Origin: Duganella sp. BJB476
GTDB lineage: Bacteria > Pseudomonadota > Gammaproteobacteria > Burkholderiales > Burkholderiaceae_D
Length of the DNA stretch: 24,000 nt
Direction: 5' to 3'
NCBI RefSeq assembly: GCF_003416895.1
Contig: NZ_QVIO01000011.1
Span: 824-24,823, forward strand
Positions within the stretch are counted from its first letter, which is position 1. The number at the start of each line of letters is the position of its first letter. Shown here piece after piece: positions 7,780-24,000 of the stretch. The notes beneath the pieces were generated by a model. That model was not told the origin of the DNA. It made no database searches and was given only the letters and a program-made list of their open reading frames with translations. The translations under genes were made by a program, and so were the position numbers.

Positions 7780-8184
7780 ATGGATACCTCACTTCCCTGG
7801 GTGGCTGTAGTAGACGACGACGACGCGATACGGCGCGCGCTGCTGCGCCTGCTGCGTTCCAGCGGCATCGCCGCGCAAGCGTTTGCCGGCGGCGCCGACT
7901 TCCTGGCCGCGCTCGACGGCGGCCATCCGTGCTGCGTGGTGCTGGACGTGCACATGCCGGGCCTGTCCGGGCTGGAGGTGCAGGCGCGGCTGGCCGCGCT
8001 GGCGCCCGAGGTCGGCGTCATCATCCTCACCGGCCACCCGACTCCGGCCGAACAGGCGCAGGCGCAACAACACCGGCCGCTGGCCTACCTGAGCAAACCC
8101 GTCAACGATCAACTGTTACTGGACACCATCAGCCTGGCCTGCGGCCAGTCGGCGGCGCCCTTCACCGGAGGCCCACGGCCATGA
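7780..8184 (+). CDS. Single-domain response regulator (REC only)
   Basis: 134 aa. Motifs VAVVDDDD, VVLDVHMPGLSG, IILTGH and LSKP show that all phospho-acceptor pocket residues are present. There is no output domain. Confidence 0.85.
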   Translation: MDTSLPWVAVVDDDDAIRRALLRLLRSSGIAAQAFAGGADFLAALDGGHPCCVVLDVHMPGLSGLEVQARLAALAPEVGVIILTGHPTPAEQAQAQQHRPLAYLSKPVNDQLLLDTISLACGQSAAPFTGGPRP

Positions 8185-10337
8185 ACCCGACCACCCCACT
8201 GCACGCCGCCAAGATCCTGCTCGTCGACGACCAGCCGGTCAACCTGACGCTGCTCGAACACGTGCTGGCCAGCGCCGGCTACACCGACGTCAGCAGCACC
8301 AGCGACGCGCCGGCGGTGGCCGCCATGCACCGCCTGCATCACTACGACCTGATCGTGCTGGACCTGAACATGCCGGGCATGGACGGCTTCGAGGTGCTCG
8401 ACAGCCTGCGCCAGATCGAGGCCGAGCAATACCTGCCGGTGCTGGTGGTGTCCGCCGAGCCGGACTACAAGCTGCGCGCGCTCAAGGCCGGCGCCAAGGA
8501 CTTCCTGTGCAAGCCCTATGACTACGACGAGCTGCTGTCGCGCATCCGCAATATGCTGGAAGTGCGGCTGCTCTACACCCGCAGCCGCAACTACGGGCTG
8601 CGCATGGCCGGCCACGACCACCTGACCGGCCTGCCGAACCGCCAGCTGTTCGCGCAGACCATGGTGCCGCAGCTGGCGGCGGCCTGGCCGCGCGCCAGCG
8701 CCCTGCTGCTGGTCGACCTGGACGGCTTCACCGCCATCAACGACAGCCAGGGCCACGCCGCCGGCGACGCCCTGCTGTGCCAGTTCGCCCGGCGCCTGAA
8801 CCTGCTGTCGCCGCCGCACGCCACCCTCGGCCGCCTGGGCAACGACGAATTCGCGCTGCTGCTGCCGGCCGAGCTGCAACAGGCCGGCGCGGTCTCCGAC
8901 CAGATCCGCGAGGCGCTGCTGCAGCCGTTCAACCTGCCCGGCGGCCAGACCACGATCACCGTCAGCATCGGCATCGCCGCCTGCCCGTCCGACATCGACG
9001 ACGTCGGCACGCTGCTGCGCTACGCCGACATCGCCCTGCACCAGGCCAAGCAGGAGGGGCGCGACCACTGCTGCTATTTCACCGACGCCATGGACCTGCA
9101 AGCGCAGACGCGCTACCAGCTGGAGCACGCGCTGCGCCATGCCAGCGAGCGCGGCGAGTTCGAACTGTACTACCAGCCCAAGGTGCAGATCGGCACCGGC
9201 CGCATGGTCGGCGCCGAAGCGCTGCTGCGCTGGAACCGGCCCGGCCACGGCCTGGTGTCGCCGGCCGAGTTCATCCCGCTGCTCGAGCGCAGCGGCCTGA
9301 TCGTGCCGGTCGGCGCCTGGGCCATCGACCAGGCCTGCCGCCAGATCGCCGCTTGGGCGCCGCACGCCAACGGCCCGCTGCCGATCGCCGTCAACGTCGC
9401 CAGCCGCCAGTTCGCCGACGCCAAACTGGAGCAGACCGTGGCCGAGGCCATCGCCCGCCACGGCATCGACCCCGCCCTGCTGTCGCTGGAAGTGACCGAG
9501 AGCGCGATGATGGACGACATCGGCCGCACCGCCGCCACCCTGAGCGCGCTGCGCGCGAGCGGGGTGCATATCGCCATCGACGACTTCGGCACCGGCTATT
9601 CCAGTCTGGCCTACCTGAAGCGCTTCCCGGTCGACACGCTGAAGATCGACATCGCCTTCATCCGCGAAGTGACCAGCAGTCCCGACGACGCCGCCGTGGT
9701 GGACGCCATCATCGCCATGGCGCACAGCCTGAAGCTGGAGGTGGTGGCCGAGGGCGTGGAGACGGCGGCCCAGCTGGCCTACCTGGGGCGCCACCGCTGC
9801 GACCAGATCCAGGGCTACTACTACAGCCGGCCGCTGCCGGCGGCGCAGCTGGAACAACTGTTGCGCGACGACGTCCGCCTGCGCCTGCCGAACGACGCCG
9901 GCGACGCCCCCGAGCGCACCTTGCTGATCATCGACGACGAGCCGCACATGCTGACCTCCCTGCAGCGCCTGCTGCGCCAGGACGGCTACCGCGTGCTGAC
10001 CGCCAACGGCGCGGCCCAGGCCTTCGCGCTGCTGGCGCAATACCCGGTGCAGCTGGTGCTGTGCGACCAGCGCATGGAGGAAATGAGCGGCACCGAACTG
10101 CTCGACAAGATCAAGCAGATGTACCCGGACACCTTCCGCATCATCCTGTCCGGCTACACCGACCTGAACACCATCATGGAATCGATCAACCGCGGCGCCC
10201 TGTACCGCTTCTACACCAAGCCCTGGGACAACCGCACCTTGCGCAGCAATATCGAGGCCGCCTTCCGCCACTACTGGCAGTTGCACGGCCTGCAGGAACC
10301 GGCGGCGCCGCAGCTGGCCATGGCCGCGGGAGGCTGA
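8181..10337 (+). CDS. c-di-GMP phosphodiesterase-type protein with two receivers: REC, degenerate GGDEF (GNDEF), EAL, REC
   Basis: The real start is the internal ATG at 8181, which overlaps the upstream stop as ATGA; 718 aa. REC1: LLVDDQP, VLDLNMPGMDG (D61), LCKP. GGDEF domain: LTGLPNR...GNDEF (8838-8852). EAL domain: YYQPKV, EALLR (9216-9224), DDFGTGYSSL, EGVE, QGYYYSRP. REC2 (~9915-10274): IIDDEP, VLCDQRMEEMSG (D629), ILSGY, YTKPW. Confidence 0.9.
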   Translation: MNPTTPLHAAKILLVDDQPVNLTLLEHVLASAGYTDVSSTSDAPAVAAMHRLHHYDLIVLDLNMPGMDGFEVLDSLRQIEAEQYLPVLVVSAEPDYKLRALKAGAKDFLCKPYDYDELLSRIRNMLEVRLLYTRSRNYGLRMAGHDHLTGLPNRQLFAQTMVPQLAAAWPRASALLLVDLDGFTAINDSQGHAAGDALLCQFARRLNLLSPPHATLGRLGNDEFALLLPAELQQAGAVSDQIREALLQPFNLPGGQTTITVSIGIAACPSDIDDVGTLLRYADIALHQAKQEGRDHCCYFTDAMDLQAQTRYQLEHALRHASERGEFELYYQPKVQIGTGRMVGAEALLRWNRPGHGLVSPAEFIPLLERSGLIVPVGAWAIDQACRQIAAWAPHANGPLPIAVNVASRQFADAKLEQTVAEAIARHGIDPALLSLEVTESAMMDDIGRTAATLSALRASGVHIAIDDFGTGYSSLAYLKRFPVDTLKIDIAFIREVTSSPDDAAVVDAIIAMAHSLKLEVVAEGVETAAQLAYLGRHRCDQIQGYYYSRPLPAAQLEQLLRDDVRLRLPNDAGDAPERTLLIIDDEPHMLTSLQRLLRQDGYRVLTANGAAQAFALLAQYPVQLVLCDQRMEEMSGTELLDKIKQMYPDTFRIILSGYTDLNTIMESINRGALYRFYTKPWDNRTLRSNIEAAFRHYWQLHGLQEPAAPQLAMAAGG

Positions 10338-10338
10338 C

Positions 10339-11259
<921 letters not shown>

Positions 11260-11277
11260 ACGGACCAGGAGAACCCT

Positions 11278-12236
11278 ATGCATTGCTTGACCACTACCCG
11301 CCGCATCGCCCTGCTGTGCCTGGCCGCCGGCCTGGCCGCCGCGCCGGCCGCGCCGGCCGGCGAGCCGATCACGCCGGTGCCGCTGAGCTTGCACCAGGAC
11401 CCGGCCAAGGCCGCGCTGGGCCGGCGCCTGTTCAACGACGTCCGGCTGTCGGGCAACAGCAGCGTCTCGTGCGCCAGCTGCCACAACGTCGCGCGCGGCG
11501 GCGGCGACCAGCGCGCCAAATCGCTCGGCTTCCTGGGCAAGCCGGGCGCCGTCAACACGCCCACCGTGCTCAACGCCGCGCTCAACTTCAAGCAATTCTG
11601 GGACGGCCGCGCCGACACGCTGGAAGCCCAGCTCGACATGGTGATCCGCAATCCGATCGAGATGGGGTCGTCGTGGGAGAGCGTGCTGGCCAAGCTGGCG
11701 GGCGACGCCGCCTACCGCGACGGCTTCGCGGAGGCTTACCGCGACGGCCTGACCATCGCCAACCTGCGCCATGCCATCGTCAGCTACGAACGCACGCTGA
11801 TCACTCCCAACGCCCGCTTCGACCAGTACCTGCGCGGCGACCGCAACGCCATCACGGCGGCGGAAAAGACCGGCTACGCCAAGTTCAAGCAGTTCGGCTG
11901 CGTGGCCTGCCACCAGGGCGTCAACGTCGGCGGCAATATGTTCCAGAAATTCGGCGTCATGGGCGACTACTTCGCCCAGCGCGGCGGCATCAACGAAGCC
12001 GACCGCGGCCGTTACGCCGTCACCCACAATCCCGACGACCTGCACGTGTTCAAGGTGCCCAGCCTGCGCAACGTGACGCGCAGCGCGCCGTATTTCCACG
12101 ACGGCTCGGCCGCCACGCTGGAGCAGGCGATCGACGTCATGTTCAAGTTCCAGCTGGGACGCAGCGGCAGCAAGCAGGACAAGGCCGACATCATCCAGTT
12201 CCTCAATACGCTCAACAGCACACCGGCGGGGCAGCC

Positions 12237-12240
<4 letters not shown>
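11278..12240 (+). CDS. Exported di-haem cytochrome c peroxidase (bacterial CCP/MauG family)
   Basis: SD AGGAG at 11267-11271. Sec-type signal peptide. There are two CxxCH motifs: CASCH (11470-11484) and CVACH (11899-11913). Family landmarks: FWDGRA, NPIEMG, FKVPSLRNV, PYFHDGS. Confidence 0.88.
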
Positions 12241-14033
<1,793 letters not shown>

Positions 14034-14060
14034 AAAGGGCGGCCGCGGCGCGGCTGCGCT

Positions 14061-14066
14061 TATAAT
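14061..14066 (+). promoter_or_regulatory. Candidate -10 hexamer for the PAS-GGDEF gene
   Basis: Exact TATAAT ending 49 nt upstream of the ATG at 14116. No good -35 is present. Confidence 0.3.
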
Positions 14067-14072
14067 CCCAAG

Positions 14073-14099
14073 GTCACTATCCAGTCACTACACGGTCAC
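14073..14099 (+). promoter_or_regulatory. Three direct GTCAC repeats with an exact 11-bp period (candidate regulator-binding array)
   Basis: GTCAC occurs at 14073-14077, 14084-14088 and 14095-14099. The units read gGTCACTAtcc / aGTCACTAcac / gGTCACGccag. The array starts 7 nt after the TATAAT. Confidence 0.4.
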
Positions 14100-14115
14100 G
14101 CCAGGAAAACAGCGC

Positions 14116-15105
14116 ATGCAAGCAAACACCACCGTCACCCCGCCTGCCGCCGGCAGCCACGCCCACCTGTCCGGGCGCGTGCTCGGGCTGGCCAACCTGG
14201 GCCTGATGGTGCTCGACGCCAGCGGCCGCATCGTCATGTGGAACCAGTGGCTGGCCAGCCATTCCGGCCTGTCCGCCCACCGCGTGCAGGGCAGCGACCT
14301 GTTCGAGCAATTCCCCGAGCTGCGCGGCCAGCGGCTGGAGCAGGCGGTGCAGAGCGCGATGCAGAGCAACCTCCCGCAGCAACTGTCGCCGGCGCTGAAC
14401 CGCTCGCCCTTCCCGCTGTACCCGACCGGCACCTGGGGCGGCGAACGGGTCGAGCAGGCGGTGTCGGTCACGCCTTTCACCGAGGGCAAGGAGCGCTACT
14501 GCCTGATCGAGGTGAGCGATATCAGCACCACCGTCGGCCGCGAGCGCCAGCTGCGCGGCCAGGCCGAGGCGCTGCGCGCGCAATCGTATGTGGACGGCCT
14601 GACCGGCATCGCCAACCGCCGCCACTTCGACGTCGCGCTGGACCGCGAGCTGCGCCGGGCGCAGCGCAACAACGGCCAGCTGTCGCTGCTGCTGATGGAC
14701 ATCGATTCCTTCAAGGCCTATAACGACCACTTCGGCCACCAGCAGGGCGACGCCTGCCTGACCCTGGTAGCGGAAGCCTTCGCCGCCATGCTGCAACGCC
14801 CGGCCGACCTGGCCGCGCGCTACGGCGGCGAGGAGTTCGCCGCCGTGCTGCCGGACACCGGCCCGGAACAGGCGGCCCAGCTCGCCGAAACGATCCGCGC
14901 CCGCATCGCCGCGCTGGAGATCACGCACGCGCCCGCCGCCATCCGCCCGCATGTGACCATGAGCATCGGCGTGGCCACCTACGACAAGGACCGCTTGTGT
15001 GACGCCGCCACCATGCTGGCCGCCGCCGACAGCTGCCTGTACGCCGCCAAGCGCGCCGGCCGCGACTGCGTGATCGTCGACCGTCCGGCGGAAAACGCCG
15101 CCTGA
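14116..15105 (+). CDS. Diguanylate cyclase, PAS + GGDEF with intact active site and I-site
   Basis: 329 aa. PAS region: LGLMVLDASGRIVMWNQWLASHSGL. GGDEF domain: LTGIANRRHFD, MDIDSFKAYND. RPAD sits 5 residues before GGEEF (14797-14838). Confidence 0.9.
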   Translation: MQANTTVTPPAAGSHAHLSGRVLGLANLGLMVLDASGRIVMWNQWLASHSGLSAHRVQGSDLFEQFPELRGQRLEQAVQSAMQSNLPQQLSPALNRSPFPLYPTGTWGGERVEQAVSVTPFTEGKERYCLIEVSDISTTVGRERQLRGQAEALRAQSYVDGLTGIANRRHFDVALDRELRRAQRNNGQLSLLLMDIDSFKAYNDHFGHQQGDACLTLVAEAFAAMLQRPADLAARYGGEEFAAVLPDTGPEQAAQLAETIRARIAALEITHAPAAIRPHVTMSIGVATYDKDRLCDAATMLAAADSCLYAAKRAGRDCVIVDRPAENAA

Positions 15106-15113
15106 CGGCGCCG

Positions 15114-15132
15114 GCCAGGCGCTCGGCCTGGC
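15114..15132 (+). terminator. Possible weak intrinsic terminator after the GGDEF gene
   Basis: GCCAGGC-gctcg-GCCTGGC, a 7-bp perfect stem with a 5-nt loop, starts 9 nt after the stop. The trailing sequence TATCCATCC is not a good U-tract. Confidence 0.35.
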
Positions 15133-15150
15133 TATCCATCCATCAAATCC

Positions 15151-15209
15151 ATGCATGCCTGCCGCTCCGCGCCGCGGGCTTTCATGCATTAGCTGGGCTT
15201 ATGCATGCC
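15151..15209. repeat. Cluster of ATGCAT palindromes, including a 9-bp direct repeat ATGCATGCC (candidate operator set)
   Basis: ATGCATGCC occurs at 15151-15159 and 15201-15209. ATGCAT occurs at 15184-15189, and a fourth copy spans the SDR start codon (15286-15291). Confidence 0.4.
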
Positions 15210-15285
15210 ATGCAGAGTATTCATTTGTCAACCTGGGCAAAAAGCGGGCAACATAGTGCATAACCCATAAAAATGGAGACAGCAC

Positions 15286-16065
15286 ATGCATCAGCAAGGC
15301 GAACTGGCAGGCAAGGTGGCGTTGATCACGGGGGGAGCGTCCGGCATCGGCCGCGCCACGGCGGAATTATTTGCGCGCGAAGGCGCCACCGTGCTGATCG
15401 CCGACCGCGACGGCGCGGCGGGCGAACTGGCGGTGGCGGCGCTGATCGAGGCCGGCGCGCGCGCCTCCTTCATCCGCACCGACGTCGCCGTGGCCGCCGA
15501 CTGCGCGGCGGCGGTGGCGGCGGCCGTGTCGCGCTACGGCCGGCTCGACGTCCTGTTCAACAACGCCGGCATCACCCGCCGCGCCAACGTGATCGACACC
15601 ACCGAGCAGGAATGGGACCAGGTCATGGCGGTCAACGTCAAATCGATTTTCCTGATGTGCAAACACGCGGTGCCGGTGATGCAGCAGCAAGGCGGCGGCA
15701 GCATCATCAACACCGCTTCGGGCTGGGGCCTGGTGGGCGGCAAGGACGCCGTGTCCTATTGCGCCTCCAAGGGCGCGGTGGTGATACTGACCAAGGCCAT
15801 GGCGGTGGACCACGGCCCGCAGAACATCCGCGTCAACTGCGTCTGCCCCGGCGACACCGATACGCCGATGCTGCGCAACGAGGCGCAGCAGCTGGGGCTT
15901 GAGGAAACCGCGCTGGTGACGGCGGGCGCGGGACGGCCGCTGATGCGCGTGGGCCAGCCGCGCGAGATCGCGCAGGCGGTGCTGTTCCTCGCATCGGATC
16001 GTTCTTCCTTCGTCACCGGCGACGCGCTGGTGGTGGACGGCGGCGGCCTGGCCGGATCGGCATAA
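15286..16065 (+). CDS. Short-chain dehydrogenase/reductase (SDR), possibly a sugar dehydrogenase
   Basis: SD GGAGA at 15275-15279. Motifs: TGGASGIGRA cofactor motif, NNAG, and catalytic S...YCASK. Confidence 0.88.
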   Translation: MHQQGELAGKVALITGGASGIGRATAELFAREGATVLIADRDGAAGELAVAALIEAGARASFIRTDVAVAADCAAAVAAAVSRYGRLDVLFNNAGITRRANVIDTTEQEWDQVMAVNVKSIFLMCKHAVPVMQQQGGGSIINTASGWGLVGGKDAVSYCASKGAVVILTKAMAVDHGPQNIRVNCVCPGDTDTPMLRNEAQQLGLEETALVTAGAGRPLMRVGQPREIAQAVLFLASDRSSFVTGDALVVDGGGLAGSA

Positions 16066-23250
<7,185 letters not shown>

Positions 23251-23293
23251 AGGCGGGAATGAAAACGAGTTGTCAGGAAGGGTAACACGATGA

Positions 23294-23318
23294 GGCCGGG
23301 CGTTTAAGGCGCCCGGCC
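23294..23318 (-). terminator. GC-rich hairpin between the TonB-dependent receptor and the GH63 gene (weak terminator or processing/stability element)
   Basis: GGCCGGGCG (23294-23302) pairs perfectly with CGCCCGGCC (23310-23318) around a 7-nt loop. It lies 9 nt after the receptor stop. No clear U-tract follows on the minus strand. Confidence 0.4.
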
Positions 23319-23326
23319 CCGGTGCA

Positions 23327-24000
23327 TCAGAAGCGGTAAGACAACGAGGCGGTGGCATTGCGCCCCAGGATAGGCCGCGCGTAGAACAGACTACCGTTCG
23401 AGCTTTGGTTAAAGCCGCTGCGTGGATTGCCCTCGGTCAGGCCGATCGAGTTGGTCACGTTGTTCACTTTCAGGTTCAGCTTCCACTTCTTGTCGATCTT
23501 GATCTCCGCGCCCATGTCGATCACATGATAGGCAGGCAGCGCCAGAGCGTTCTCAAAGTCGGCGAAGCGTTTGCCGATATGACTGTAGACCAGGAACACA
23601 TCGCCAAAGCCGAAATGCACCGTCGGGATCAAGCGCACCTGCGTGTTCGGCGTGCGCATCACCTGGTTGCCGTTTTGCTTGGCCTCTTCCGCGTTCGGGT
23701 CGATGCCGTTGATGGTGGCCTTCTGCAAAGTGGCGACATACTCCAGCGAGAACTGCTTGAACGGATTGATGATGCCCTCCAGCTCAACACCGGTCGACAG
23801 CGTCTTGACGAACACCTGGCGGAAGTCGCCCGTGGCCTGGTTGGTTTCGCCGAAGGACAGGTTGTCGAACTTGGTGTGGAACACCGTGGCCGACGTGGTC
23901 CAGAACGGCGAGATGTAGCGCACGCCCGCCTCGGTGAAACTGAGCCGGCTGGCGCCGTCGACGAAGCTGTCGGCGCTGTACAGGGTCGGCATGTTGGTGC
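23327..24000 (-). CDS. TonB-dependent outer-membrane receptor, C-terminal part (5' end beyond the right window edge)
   Basis: The frame stays open to the window edge upstream of the track's first Met. It has beta-barrel-type alternating sequence and the terminal motif ATASLSYRF with a C-terminal Phe. Confidence 0.85.
   Translation of the reverse strand, partial: TNMPTLYSADSFVDGASRLSFTEAGVRYISPFWTTSATVFHTKFDNLSFGETNQATGDFRQVFVKTLSTGVELEGIINPFKQFSLEYVATLQKATINGIDPNAEEAKQNGNQVMRTPNTQVRLIPTVHFGFGDVFLVYSHIGKRFADFENALALPAYHVIDMGAEIKIDKKWKLNLKVNNVTNSIGLTEGNPRSGFNQSSNGSLFYARPILGRNATASLSYRF

Noticed and set aside
7929-8180. N-terminal extension of the 802-aa ORF
   Set aside because: It overlaps the REC-only gene in another frame. 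The receiver fold begins at the ATG at 8181, which forms an ATGA junction with the upstream stop.
14034-14060. GC-rich palindromic stretch (GCGGCCGC and neighbours) after the 12237 kinase as a possible terminator
   Set aside because: I could not draw a stem with a viable loop, and there is no U-tract. Transcription may read through into the cyclase gene.
15151-15263. Two mini-ORFs starting with ATGCAT (MHACRSAPRAFMH and MHAMQSIHLSTWAKSGQHSA) as possible leader peptides
   Set aside because: Neither has a Shine-Dalgarno sequence. The shared start is better explained by the repeated ATGCAT DNA motif.
23251-23358. 36-codon N-terminal extension of the GH63 ORF
   Set aside because: It would place a Pro-rich leader before the signal peptide and read through the hairpin at 23294-23318. 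The internal Met gives a canonical signal peptide.

Overview
GC-rich proteobacterial chromosomal DNA. The proteins look betaproteobacterial or Burkholderiales-like, but that taxon call is only an inference. I support 20 protein-coding genes, two of them cut by the window edges. I found no rRNA, tRNA, CRISPR array, transposase, integrase or phage/defence hallmark. All domain calls rest on motifs I read by eye in the translations; no database search was possible. The window has three blocks. (1) 1-2.7 kb: an edge-truncated, degenerate EAL/HDOD-type signalling gene that is missing from the ORF track, a YdhF-like aldo-keto reductase, and pssA. (2) 2.8-15.1 kb: a dense signalling island. It holds a CAP/SCP lipoprotein start/stop-overlapped with a stand-alone Hpt protein, a small zinc-ribbon gene, and a Cache/PAS histidine kinase with a FixJ/NarL-type regulator. 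These are followed by a five-gene translationally coupled cassette and a PAS-GGDEF cyclase. The cassette order is single REC, REC-GNDEF-EAL-REC, sensorless histidine kinase, exported di-haem cytochrome c peroxidase, and two-TM kinase with an all-helical periplasmic domain. This cassette is my best candidate for an undescribed system: a periplasmic haem peroxidase wired as the input of a two-kinase, dual-receiver c-di-GMP switch. (3) 15.3-24 kb: a carbohydrate cluster of SDR, ebgA, ebgC, APC permease, convergent ygjK-like GH63 and a TonB-dependent receptor. It mirrors the E. coli ebgAC-ygjI-ygjK neighbourhood. Many long ORFs in the track are antisense or out-of-frame artefacts of the GC content. 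Four real genes start inside longer track ORFs, at 7098, 8181, 12237 and 23250.
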